64,000 nucleotides of DNA, taken from positions 1,239 to 65,238 of the forward strand of contig CAWKJE010000033.1 in assembly GCA_963849735.1 (NCBI GenBank), written 5' to 3'. The translations under genes and the position numbers were made by a program. Below are positions 45,072-54,538 of this stretch, piece by piece (position 1 is the stretch's first letter; each line of letters starts with the position of its first letter). The stretch is from an uncultured delta proteobacterium. Its GTDB lineage: Bacteria; Myxococcota_A; Polyangia; Fen-1088. The notes beneath the pieces were generated by a model. That model searched no databases and was not told the origin of the DNA. It worked only from the letters and a program-made list of their open reading frames with translations.

Positions 45072-46342
45072 AGCGGATCATCTATGACATTGGTCGCTGG
45101 GCCTGCTTTCTCCACCGTGAAGCCCGTGGTCTAGAGATGGCCTCACCCAAGGACGCTCCTATCCAGCGTTTCGAGGACGAGCTGTTCGAGAAGCTCTACG
45201 CAGGTGAGGCCGAGGCGCTGCCCGAGAAGCATCGAGACGCCAGGTGGGCTACCTGGGCGAGCGCCATCCACGACGCCTGCGAGAAGCTCCCAGCATTCAA
45301 CCGGCTGGCCGATGAGACCCGTGGGGATGCCGATGCTGCTGCCCTGGGCGTAGAGGAGCTGCTCAAGGAACTCCAGCCCATCATCGACGAGCAGAACGCA
45401 AACCAGCCACCGGAGGAGAACATCCGCAAGCTGGTCCGTGAGGGCGCAGAGGCTGCATCGGCGGCGCTCGAAGAATATCGGGATGCGGTCGAAGGTCTCG
45501 GGCAGGTCATGTTCGGCGGCGGCAAGGGCAATCACGAGAGGCAGGCGTTGGATGACAAGAAGGTGGGTCTTGCCCGGCGCTTGCGTGGCGACCACAGGCT
45601 CAAGCGCATTGCCCAGCTGGCAGGTCGGTTCACCCGCATCGGCCAGCAGAAGCGCAGGTCCAAGGTCAAACACGGGGCGGAGGAGATATGCGACGTCGAG
45701 CTGGGGAATGACATTGGTCGGCTCTTGCCCGTCGAGCTGGTAAAGCTGCGGCACCCACGTCTACACGCACTGGCTCTGCGCGATCTGCTCGAACGCAAGG
45801 CCATGCAGTACGCGGTCACCGGGAAAGAAAAACTGGGCAAGGGTCCCCTGGTGCTCTTGCTCGACCGCTCGTGGTCGATGGAAGGTCCAGCGGACACCTG
45901 GTCCGTCGCAGTGGCCCTGGCATTGCTCGGGCTTGCCCAGGTCGAGCGTCGGACATTCGCCCTCGTGGCATTCACCGACCAGGTTATCTATGAAGCCGTC
46001 ATCAAGCCAGGCGAGAGGCTCGACGAAGAGGCCTTGAACCTGACGTGCAACGGTGGAACGAGCATCGATGCGGCGGTATCGAGGGGCCTGGACATCATCG
46101 AGCGCAATTTAGGAGCGCTGAACGAGGCAGACCTGGTGCTGGTAACAGATGGGTGTTCCGATTCCGACCGAGCACCTGAGCTGCGAAGGAGGGCAAAATC
46201 GCTGGGCGTAACGGTGCTGGGCATAGGCATAGGTGTGGCCAAGGAGCAGCTCGAACCATGGGCCGATGCGATCGAGACCATCACCAGCCTCGAGAGCCTC
46301 GGTGAACAAGTAGCGGATGCCCTGTTCTCAGGCACCGCGTGA
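45068..46342 (+). CDS. von Willebrand factor A (VWA) domain protein, ViaA-like partner
   Basis: The start overlaps the ATPase stop (ATGA). MIDAS 'LLLDRSWSMEG' and 'LVLVTDGCSD' in the C-terminal half. Confidence 0.8.
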   Translation: MKRIIYDIGRWACFLHREARGLEMASPKDAPIQRFEDELFEKLYAGEAEALPEKHRDARWATWASAIHDACEKLPAFNRLADETRGDADAAALGVEELLKELQPIIDEQNANQPPEENIRKLVREGAEAASAALEEYRDAVEGLGQVMFGGGKGNHERQALDDKKVGLARRLRGDHRLKRIAQLAGRFTRIGQQKRRSKVKHGAEEICDVELGNDIGRLLPVELVKLRHPRLHALALRDLLERKAMQYAVTGKEKLGKGPLVLLLDRSWSMEGPADTWSVAVALALLGLAQVERRTFALVAFTDQVIYEAVIKPGERLDEEALNLTCNGGTSIDAAVSRGLDIIERNLGALNEADLVLVTDGCSDSDRAPELRRRAKSLGVTVLGIGIGVAKEQLEPWADAIETITSLESLGEQVADALFSGTA

Positions 46343-46367
46343 ACCCAAAGCAAGAACGGAGACTCAC

Positions 46368-46475
46368 ATGACCAAGAAGAAACTGGTCCAAATCCTGCTC
46401 GGCACCGGCAAGGCGCTGATCATCGTAGCCCACGTCATCGCCCGGACCATGGTCCGCCGATTGCCGTTGAAGTAG
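46368..46475 (+). CDS. possible 35-aa hydrophobic peptide
   Basis: 'MTKKKLVQILLGTGKALIIVAHVIARTMVRRLPLK', with GGAG 8 nt upstream of the ATG. Too short to validate by composition. Confidence 0.25.
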   Translation: MTKKKLVQILLGTGKALIIVAHVIARTMVRRLPLK

Positions 46476-46563
46476 CACGCATCACAACCAAGAAGCCCCC
46501 CTCGGTCGCCATGGCCTTGGGGGGCTTCGCCGTTTTCGAGAACAACCAACGAAGGAGACAGCC

Positions 46564-47247
46564 ATGAAGAAAGAGACCATAGAAATCCTGACCCGACCGT
46601 TCGACAAGAGCCTCATCAAGCACCGTCAGGGCCACGACGGCAAGCAGCTCGACTACGTGCCGGTCCAGCACTACGTGGACAGATTGAACGAAGGCTTCGA
46701 GCATGACTGGTCGTTCGAGCTGACCAGCCGTGAGATCATCGGCGAGCAAATCGTCGTCGAGGTCAAAATCACCGCTGCTGGCCTGACCAAGACCGGCCTC
46801 GGTGGTGCGGCCATTACACGTAGCGATGACAAGAAGACCATTATCGCTCTGGCCGATGACATCAAGACGGCTGAAGCCGATGCCCTGAAACGTGCGTGCC
46901 GATTGCTCGGGGTGGGTGCCGAGCTGTACGCCAGCGAACAGGACGACGCCGGAGTCATCAGCAGTCCCCCGCCCGCCTTTGCGACTCAGCATCATGTTGG
47001 TCCCCATTCGCTACCGCCGAGCCCAATGCCACCACGGGAGCGGTTGACATCGGCCCAGCTGAATGCAATCAAGACAATCGCACGCAAGCAAGGGCTGGAC
47101 CCCGCCGATGTCCGACGTGACATCAAGGCCAGGTACGGTATCGAGGTCGAGTATCTCACAAAGCGTCAAGCCAGCGAGGTCATCTCAGCCCTCGACGCCA
47201 ACAGGTCCAGCCACGGTAGCAACGGCCAGCACGCACAGGCAGGGTGA
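46564..47247 (+). CDS. Rad52/Sak-type single-strand annealing protein
   Basis: AAGGAG RBS. 'LTRPFDKSLIKHRQGHDGKQLDYVPVQHYVDRLNEGFEHDWSFE' and 'TAEADALKRACRLLGVG' fit the Rad52/22 annealase fold pattern. Confidence 0.7.
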   Translation: MKKETIEILTRPFDKSLIKHRQGHDGKQLDYVPVQHYVDRLNEGFEHDWSFELTSREIIGEQIVVEVKITAAGLTKTGLGGAAITRSDDKKTIIALADDIKTAEADALKRACRLLGVGAELYASEQDDAGVISSPPPAFATQHHVGPHSLPPSPMPPRERLTSAQLNAIKTIARKQGLDPADVRRDIKARYGIEVEYLTKRQASEVISALDANRSSHGSNGQHAQAG

Positions 47248-47251
47248 CGCC

Positions 47252-48043
47252 ATGACCACCACGCTCACGCAGATGCGTGATGGCCTGCACGTATCGGTCT
47301 CGCAGATCAAGTGCTACCTGCGATGCCCACGCCAGTACCAGATGCGCTACGTCCTCGGTGCCGAGCCCGAGTTCACACCAGCCAACTTGGTCCTGGGCAG
47401 TGCCGTCCACGAAGGCCTGGCGGCGTTCTACAGGTCGGTCATGAATACGTCGGAGTCACCCGAGTTCGATACGTGCATGGCCGCCTTCCACGCTACGTTG
47501 GTAGGCTTTCGCAAGAGCAGCCTGCCCATCAAAGACGGTGACGACATCGAGACCCAGGGCGGGGCGTTGCTCAAGGTCTTCTACGAGAGCACGTACCAGC
47601 ACCCGCCCAGGGTGGTCGGTGTTGAGGTGCCATTCACCATCGACCTGGCCGACCCGGTAACCGGTGAGATACTTGAAGAACGTTTGGTGGGTGCCCTCGA
47701 CCTGGTCGTCGAGCAGGACAAGAAGAACATCGTCGTCGAGCACAAGACGGCGGCCAGGAAATGGCCCGAGGACCAAATCAAGCACGACATCCAGCTGTCG
47801 GCCTACAAGCTGGTGGCGAGGGCACTGGGCCTTGGCGACGTGCGGCTAAGGCTGCAGGTCATGACCAAGACCAAGAAGCCAGCGATGATCGTGGAGAACA
47901 CGGACCGCACAGACCGGGACGAGCGGAAGTTTCTGGAAACCGTGGTTGGGGTGTTACGAGCCATCGATGCCCAGGCCTTCTTCCCGGTCCGCAACGGGAT
48001 GTGCGGTGGGTGTACGTTCCAGAGGCGGTGTGAGAGTAGCTGA
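47252..48043 (+). CDS. Cas4/RecB-like PD-(D/E)xK exonuclease with Fe-S Cys cluster
   Basis: N-terminal 'CYLRCPRQY'; 'ALDLVVE...IVVEHKT' (D...ExK); 'QLSAYKL' (QhxxY); C-terminal 'CGGCTFQRRC' (CxxCx5C). The ATG at 47252 is 4 nt after the annealase stop. Confidence 0.75.
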   Translation: MTTTLTQMRDGLHVSVSQIKCYLRCPRQYQMRYVLGAEPEFTPANLVLGSAVHEGLAAFYRSVMNTSESPEFDTCMAAFHATLVGFRKSSLPIKDGDDIETQGGALLKVFYESTYQHPPRVVGVEVPFTIDLADPVTGEILEERLVGALDLVVEQDKKNIVVEHKTAARKWPEDQIKHDIQLSAYKLVARALGLGDVRLRLQVMTKTKKPAMIVENTDRTDRDERKFLETVVGVLRAIDAQAFFPVRNGMCGGCTFQRRCESS

Positions 48044-48408
48044 TCTGGTGATGGGGAAGGCCGCGTCACCGGGGATTCAAGCTGGGAACAACCTGGCTTG
48101 AATTTTAGCCCCAGAATTTTTCCACGGCCGATACATAGCTGGCCCTCGGCATGTGGACGACCGTGGGTACGGCGAGCAAAGGGGACCCAGTTTCTGTAGC
48201 TTACTGGATGTAAGGTATGTCTGGCGCGGGCCGCCCATCGCGCGCCAACGATCGAGAGAGCTACCCGACGGACGTCTGGCTCATTGCTGGCTGCTTCGCC
48301 CTCGGGCACCAGGTCACCCGTAGGACGAGGGATCGCTCACGACCCTGAAGAATTGCCCGTCAACCATCATTGAGGAGAATCATCTCGGGGACCTTGGGCG
48401 CCTCATCG

Positions 48409-50184
48409 TCAGGGGCAAGCGGTCTCAGGTCCGGGTCCTCCTTTTCGAAACAAGCGCTCTCGAATTCGGGTGGTTAAGACATTCCAATCCTGATTGAAGA
48501 AGGGCAGGCGCCGTCGCTTTCTCGGCAACGCGTGTTCATAAATGATCTGGTCAAGCCGACGATATCGGTCCGCATGCTCTCGCCGACGCAGCAGTTCCAC
48601 TACAGACTTTCCGTCCGCTGTGCGAGCCATAAGATCCTCGAATTCATCAATGCGTGCCAGCGTGATAGGTCCAATCATCGAACCTTGGAGCAGACCCTCT
48701 GTCACACATTGAGCCTCAAGCCATTTGTAAAGAGCATCTGATTCTCCGAGGCCATCGTACGTCACGATGACAGGAAGGATCCGTGCTCGAGCCATAATCC
48801 CTTGCGATTCGAATCTTCCCTCCTGAATCATCCGGATCCTCGCATCAATCTGGCGGATAGCACCACCGCGATAGTCGTCACCTTTCTCCTCGAAGAAATA
48901 GCTTTTGTACCAATGCATCGTTTTCGACACGGAGATAGCCTCTCTAGCTGCCCCGGCTTCCATAACTCTGCTCTTTACCGAAAACAGCACGACTGCACGA
49001 CCCTCTGTGAGAACCACGTCCTCAACCTCGTCCGCGCCTCCTGGCACTTTGGGCATGTGAAATTTCGCACGGCATGTTGGTGAACGTTCTGCCTCTGTCG
49101 CCAGTCGGCGACACCAGCTTTCCAGCTGACCACCAAATGCCCTGAACCAAGAATTCGGAGATCGCTTTGGGCACAAGCCCTTAGCAGAGCGCAATAGCTG
49201 CGCCCAAGGGGCGAAGCGCACCTGGTGGAGGACTGCCCATGGGGATGCGGCCACGAATCGGTTTGACCCCATCCTAACGAACGGATGATAGAGCAGCGCC
49301 GTTGGGGCGTGCGGCAAGCCATCTATAGTTCGTTGCCGCGCCTCCTTGGACAACGTGGCCCGGTCGGCGGACAGGGTCTCCATGAGACACTGAAACCGCA
49401 TCGGGTCGACGCTCGTCTCTTTGAGAAACAAGGACATGTCTATTTCCGGCTCTGGCCACCTGCTGTTCTTATCACCCCACATCCGGGACAGCATGAATAG
49501 CGTGCCGAGCACACTGTCAAAGAACTCGTCATAGTCACCCCCAAAAGCGTTCTTTTTGAGGGATTCCCACGCTGCCGTTGCCGACAGTTCGCCATGCGTA
49601 GGTTGGTTCGCAAACAAGCGCGCTGTACGAACCAGAGTTCGCACCGGGTCCGCCTCGTTGTTGAACCTAAGAGCGGTGCTCAATTCAGCAATGAGGGCAT
49701 GCTCTTCGGAACACGACTCCTCCTCCGCTTGCTGCCACCTGCCAAGGAACGCCCCGCTACACGCAAGCCAAAGAGACATTTCCGGTGGGAGAGGCTGATT
49801 GTTGCTATCTCCGCCCTCCATCAATACTAGGTGCTGAAGGAAGGAAATCGCTTGCTCGTGGGCGAGAATCATGTCGTTTCGTCGTTCGCTTACCGCCTTG
49901 CGCGCCGCGGAAATGATGGGCCCAGCACTTAGGTCCCCTGTCAGCTGCAATAACGGATCTACGGTCAACAGGCGGATCTCCTCTGAATCGAAGCCGTGGT
50001 GCGCGACCTTGGCGGCAAGATGAGCCAGTTGGGTATAGCTTTTTTCCCACGAGCAGGTGCGAACTCGACCTATCAGGAATTCGGGGGGCACCTTTGCCCC
50101 GAAGAGGCTGAGCGGATCTTCCCATGCCCCAGCGTATGCCAGACTTGAATGAGTCCTCACCCGTCTTAAAGTTGATCCTGTCAT
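48409..50184 (-). CDS. hypothetical 591-aa protein (possible degenerate PD-(D/E)xK core)
   Basis: Long ORF with non-repetitive sequence. 'EVEDVVLTEGRAVVLFSVKSR' loosely resembles a D...(E/S)xK nuclease core. No other motif recognised. Confidence 0.5.
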   Translation of the reverse strand: MTGSTLRRVRTHSSLAYAGAWEDPLSLFGAKVPPEFLIGRVRTCSWEKSYTQLAHLAAKVAHHGFDSEEIRLLTVDPLLQLTGDLSAGPIISAARKAVSERRNDMILAHEQAISFLQHLVLMEGGDSNNQPLPPEMSLWLACSGAFLGRWQQAEEESCSEEHALIAELSTALRFNNEADPVRTLVRTARLFANQPTHGELSATAAWESLKKNAFGGDYDEFFDSVLGTLFMLSRMWGDKNSRWPEPEIDMSLFLKETSVDPMRFQCLMETLSADRATLSKEARQRTIDGLPHAPTALLYHPFVRMGSNRFVAASPWAVLHQVRFAPWAQLLRSAKGLCPKRSPNSWFRAFGGQLESWCRRLATEAERSPTCRAKFHMPKVPGGADEVEDVVLTEGRAVVLFSVKSRVMEAGAAREAISVSKTMHWYKSYFFEEKGDDYRGGAIRQIDARIRMIQEGRFESQGIMARARILPVIVTYDGLGESDALYKWLEAQCVTEGLLQGSMIGPITLARIDEFEDLMARTADGKSVVELLRRREHADRYRRLDQIIYEHALPRKRRRLPFFNQDWNVLTTRIRERLFRKGGPGPETACP

Positions 50185-50512
50185 TTTTGCCCTCGAGAGC
50201 TCATCCTAGTGGTCGTCCATACCCATTCCGGCTGTCCCTGCGGGAAACGACGACCATCCTCTCGAACGCCGCCAATGCCCCGAAGAGTGAACCGCACGCG
50301 AACGCCTGATTCCTCATCGGGGTCACGTGCCTCTGGATGGGATAGCGCCGTCGAGCTTGAGCGCAGTGATGCGGCCTCCCCGGCCCACGGTCTGGATGCG
50401 GGTGTTCGGTTTCCGTGGGCGCAGTGGTATCCCCAGGAGGACCGTCGCCCTTAGCGTGATTTCATCCGAAGTACTGGGACGTTGCGGTGTCGCGCGGGGC
50501 CGCTTGGACATG

Positions 50513-51433
50513 CTACCCAAGGTAAATTTGCTCATTGTGCCACCTCAGAAACTCCGGCGCGGGTCGATACTTGTCGATCTCAGGTAGCACCTTGAGCGGC
50601 CTACCATCCAACGCGTAGTACTCCTTGCCGTTCTGGAACTCTTCTCGGATGCGCTTGCTGATGATCACATGGTGGTCGGGAGTAACGGTGAAATAGCCCT
50701 GGTCGAAGAGGATGTGGAGGTCCGAGCGGAGGAGAAGCCCGTTCTGGATGCGGTGGGGGCCCTTCTCAGCGTACGGCTTGATGTGCGCTGCCTCAAGCAC
50801 TGGCAGGGTCTTCTCCCCAGTCAGGGCGCATCGTCGTTGGTAGGTCTCGGTCACCAGCACGCGGAATGCCCCTTGGCCAAGCCGAGGCCTGACCATCAGC
50901 GGGTTACCGTAGCGCGCTTCATCGTCAAAGGTTGAGTCGCCGATCGGCACGCCGGGCGCTGCCAAACGGAGGCGCAGGAGCTCAACGAGCTGCCTACCCT
51001 CGGTGGTTTCGGACTCGTAGGATTTTCCGACGACGATGTTCTTCCTGAAGGTTTCTGGGGCGGCAATCCAGTCATCCTGCTCGAGGAAAAAGGGTTGCGT
51101 GAGGATGATGCAGCCGATAACGGGATCGTGGCCTGCCCCGTCTCGCCGATACTTGCGGATGCGTGCCTGGAACTCGGCCAGGTCCCTTACGCCGTTGTTC
51201 AGGCCGAAGGCTTTCCATGCCAGCGATGCCGGCAGGAACGATTGGCGCACGAAGTATCCACCGCCGACGACGTAGTTGTCAGGGTGGTGGAGCTTAAACA
51301 GGAACAATCCCTCTTCGGACAACACCTTGAAGTTCGTGGCACCGCCTGGCTGCCAGAAGTTGACCTCCTCGGGAGCCTGGGCCTTCAGCTGGTCGAACCA
51401 GTCGCGGTCGGTGATGCCGATCCAAATCTTCAT
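50513..51433 (-). CDS. HNH_2-type endonuclease with N-terminal putative PUA-like (EVE/ASCH-like) reader domain
   Basis: The C-terminal 'RCALTGEKTLPVLEAAHIKPYAE...NGLLLRSDLHILFDQGYFTV' is the HNH_2 (restriction-type HNH) pattern. The N-terminal ~130 aa 'MKIWIGITDRDWF...NFWQPGG' is a separate domain. Confidence 0.75.
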   Translation of the reverse strand: MKIWIGITDRDWFDQLKAQAPEEVNFWQPGGATNFKVLSEEGLFLFKLHHPDNYVVGGGYFVRQSFLPASLAWKAFGLNNGVRDLAEFQARIRKYRRDGAGHDPVIGCIILTQPFFLEQDDWIAAPETFRKNIVVGKSYESETTEGRQLVELLRLRLAAPGVPIGDSTFDDEARYGNPLMVRPRLGQGAFRVLVTETYQRRCALTGEKTLPVLEAAHIKPYAEKGPHRIQNGLLLRSDLHILFDQGYFTVTPDHHVIISKRIREEFQNGKEYYALDGRPLKVLPEIDKYRPAPEFLRWHNEQIYLG

Positions 51434-51444
51434 GCTTGGCCTTC

Positions 51445-52434
51445 CTACCTCACCGCCATGAGCAGGACCTTGTCTCGATGCCAGTCCAAGAAACTCTTCT
51501 GGCCCGAGGTGAAGTCGCCGACGTTCACGGACCTCTCGGTTTCCACGCCCATCTTCTGCAGCGACGGCTTGTGGGCCACGGGGCTAATGATTAGCCTGCC
51601 TGAATCTTCGAAGCCGATGAACCCCCTGTCGAACAGATGGTCGATGCTGGCCGTTAGCAACAACCCGTTTTCTCCGTCGAGCCGCTCCTCGTTGCTCGAA
51701 TCCCGCCAGGGCTTGCAGTGGCTGGCCACGAGGTGGGTCAGCCTGTCTACCCCGGTGATGCGGCACCGTCGCTCATGCTGTAACACACGCCGCTTGAACT
51801 CACCTTGGCCGCGCCGTGACCGCACGATGGCTTCGCGCTCGGTTTCGGGGATGGAGGCGTCCTCTGCGACGGCTTGCTCCAGCCTATGCTCCCAGTAGTC
51901 CAGGTCGTCCCCGGTGGGGTGGAGGGGTGCCTGGTCATCTGCTGGCACGCTCACGGTCGCAGGCTGGTGAAGCACGGGCTCCGCCTCTGCACCGATGAGG
52001 CCAGCCAGGACCTCCGCGAACTGCTGCGGAATCTCGGTCAGGTAGACGCTCTGGAGGCCGTCACCGTTGGCCCGCAAGGGCGAGTACTTGGTGGGCAACA
52101 GCGAAGCCAGGATGCCCATGTGGTCCTTCGGGCGGACCTGGTGCCGGAGCTGGACGAAATTGACCCTGACCTTCCAGCCGATGTTCTCCCAGTTCATTCC
52201 GGCGGTGCCAAACTCGATGGGCTTGGGGCTTTCCCAGCAGTAGGACTGCGCGACGCCGATGGCGAATATCTTGGTATCGACGAACGAGAAGACGATGTCG
52301 CCGATGGCAACCTCACGCATGAACTCATAGAAGTGGTTACGCGCGCCGTTGGCGTTGCGCTTGGGCGACCATAGGTACCCCCCCGCAATCTCATGGCGGT
52401 ACGTCTGGTTCTGGTTGACCCACCAGTAGCGCAA
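51445..52434 (-). CDS. HNH_2-type endonuclease with a different N-terminal putative modified-DNA reader-like domain
   Basis: C-terminal 'RCRITGVDRLTHLVASHCKPW...NGLLLTASIDHLFDRGFIGF'. N-terminal 'MRYWWVNQNQTYRHEIAGGYLWSPKRNANGARN', a type seen at the N-termini of Type IV-like enzymes. It lies 11 nt upstream of the other HNH gene. Confidence 0.75.
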   Translation of the reverse strand: MRYWWVNQNQTYRHEIAGGYLWSPKRNANGARNHFYEFMREVAIGDIVFSFVDTKIFAIGVAQSYCWESPKPIEFGTAGMNWENIGWKVRVNFVQLRHQVRPKDHMGILASLLPTKYSPLRANGDGLQSVYLTEIPQQFAEVLAGLIGAEAEPVLHQPATVSVPADDQAPLHPTGDDLDYWEHRLEQAVAEDASIPETEREAIVRSRRGQGEFKRRVLQHERRCRITGVDRLTHLVASHCKPWRDSSNEERLDGENGLLLTASIDHLFDRGFIGFEDSGRLIISPVAHKPSLQKMGVETERSVNVGDFTSGQKSFLDWHRDKVLLMAVR

Positions 52435-52837
52435 GGGCCTGGAGAGATAGTATCACGTTGTCGTCAGTGCGTCAGTGCGGCTTCCATTTGCCTGCCACGT
52501 GCGCGAAGTGCGGCTCCACCTTAGGCTCGTCCATCACGGCGACGGAATTCGCCAAGATCCAGCTGCGACCGTCTTGCTTACCTGGCGAGCAATGGCGTCT
52601 TCATTGGCACGTGCTCATTCCACAACGGTTGACTCGTGGTCGCAGGTGCATGTGGGAGGACTCCCACCTCCGCAGCACATGTCGGAGACGCTGAACGTCG
52701 GCGGATAGGTCGCAATAACGCAAATGCTTGTAACGATCAGCCAACCTGAGAAAATGCAGACTAGTCGCCCAGCCCGCGCATCACCACACGGAGCCCCGCA
52801 TTGCAAGGATTCTCCACTTACCTAAGAGGGCCCAATA

Positions 52838-54538
52838 ATGGGACGTCGCCTTACATCATCTGAGCGCCGCAAACGCGACGCCGAGAAGCTGGCTGCACAT
52901 CGTCGGGGACAGCGGCGCCACGCGCATGCACTTCGCAAGGAAGAAGAACTCCAAGAGCGACGCCTTGACCGCAAACTTGAACGACGATGGCGTAAGGAGG
53001 ACGCTGAGGAGGCCCAGGAGGCCGCCGATCAAGAGTTTGCAGCGTGGCAAGCCGTTGAGGAGCAAATGCGAACTTTGGCTGCGCCCACCTCCGAACTCAG
53101 CGCAGCCGAACAGAGGTTGCGCGACCTACTGGCGCCACAGGTCTTCGTCGGCGCGACTTTTGATGAGCACCCGTATAATTTCGAGCATCCCAGTGGTCCG
53201 AACGCAGGGCTTGTCAACGAGATTCGTTTGAGCACGACTCACCAGTTCGACAAGGAAGCTCCTCAGATCAAGGATGTGTTCGGCATCTTCTTTGTTGTTG
53301 GAATCCTCGTCGGATTGGGCGGAATAGTTGCTCTCCTGAGCGGAAGCGTTGGTGGCTTGGTCACTGGAGCGCTGGTGATGTTCGCTACTTGGGGACTTGG
53401 ATTCGTAATCGACAAAGTCCGAGAAATAGCCAATAGAGAAGAGCGAGCATCGCTCTGGCAGGGTCTTGCAACAATGGCGAGCGCTCGGGCCCTTGCGGAC
53501 TATGAACGTGCTGAAGGGTTCCGACGGGCGAAATTTGAGGCGGAGCAGGAAGAACTAAAGAGGAATTTCAACGAGTCGGAGGCGGTCAGGGTTGCACGGC
53601 TCTCCCGCGTGCTTGAGCGAGACCAGAGCGCGATGCAAGAGGTGCTGGATGCTGTCCTTCTACCCCTAGACGACTTGCCTTTTGAGTGCGCAGCGACAGC
53701 AAAGATCCGCACTGCGGAGATAGTCGATCTTGCGTTCATCATGCCCACTCGCAGTGAACTCCCTTCACAGAGGGCACGAAGAACACAGGCAGGCGTGAGC
53801 TATGCGCAGAAAGGCGAAGCAGTACTCGTCAAAGAGTATCGTCGGACACTTCCGGCCCTTGCGCTTCGTCATGCGAGCGAAATTATGGCCATTCTACCAT
53901 CAGTCGACGACGTCAAAGTGGATGCCTACGACGTTCGAGCAGACCCGCGCGATGGTTCATCCTTTCGAGCATGCATCCTTTCGATGTCTGCGAAGAGAAG
54001 TGACTTGGAGAGCGTGGATCTGGCTGAGGCAGATCCCGATGTCCTGGTCAAAGATCGACTTGAGGGTAGCTACCGATGGAGCAAGGAGGATTTCTTGGAG
54101 CAGCAGCCGCGCTCTCGAGTTGATCCCAAGGAAATTCATAACTTGTCCCTGGGGGATCTTGAATCGGACGAGAAGGATGACGTCGTCGAGGCACCTATAG
54201 CTGAACCAGAAGGCGAATCGCTAAACCTTGCCGCATTGATGTTGCTAACCCCAGTCGATGTCGGACCGATAGAACCCAAGCTTAGAAGCCGCCTTGAACG
54301 AGAATTTCACCACTGGAGCAAGCTGTCACGCTTCCTGACAGACATTGGCCTCTCGCATGAGGAGTCTGACGAGAAAGCGAGGCTCGAGCTGAAGGGCAAT
54401 TTGGAGCCGATCGAACACAAAAGGCTATTCACCCTTCGTCAAAGATCCTCGCGCCTTTCATTCCGTTTTAGCGAATTGGACACTGACAAGCAGGAGCACA
54501 TCCGCGAATTGTGGATAGCTCAACATTTCCAGAGCTGA
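52838..54538 (+). CDS. coiled-coil protein with two central TM helices, function unknown
   Basis: The first ~80 aa are Arg/Lys/Glu-rich. TM pair 'VFGIFFVVGILVGLGGIVALL' / 'LVTGALVMFATWGLGFVI'. Long acidic C-terminal region. One sampled 60-nt line was 48% GC. Confidence 0.55.
   Translation: MGRRLTSSERRKRDAEKLAAHRRGQRRHAHALRKEEELQERRLDRKLERRWRKEDAEEAQEAADQEFAAWQAVEEQMRTLAAPTSELSAAEQRLRDLLAPQVFVGATFDEHPYNFEHPSGPNAGLVNEIRLSTTHQFDKEAPQIKDVFGIFFVVGILVGLGGIVALLSGSVGGLVTGALVMFATWGLGFVIDKVREIANREERASLWQGLATMASARALADYERAEGFRRAKFEAEQEELKRNFNESEAVRVARLSRVLERDQSAMQEVLDAVLLPLDDLPFECAATAKIRTAEIVDLAFIMPTRSELPSQRARRTQAGVSYAQKGEAVLVKEYRRTLPALALRHASEIMAILPSVDDVKVDAYDVRADPRDGSSFRACILSMSAKRSDLESVDLAEADPDVLVKDRLEGSYRWSKEDFLEQQPRSRVDPKEIHNLSLGDLESDEKDDVVEAPIAEPEGESLNLAALMLLTPVDVGPIEPKLRSRLEREFHHWSKLSRFLTDIGLSHEESDEKARLELKGNLEPIEHKRLFTLRQRSSRLSFRFSELDTDKQEHIRELWIAQHFQS

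Noticed and set aside
48075-48106. Hairpin ATTCAAGC-(13 nt)-GCTTGAAT followed by TTT, 30 nt after the exonuclease stop, considered as an intrinsic terminator
   Set aside because: The stem is only 8 bp with 3 G:C pairs, the loop is large and the T-run is short. It is plausible but too weak to annotate.
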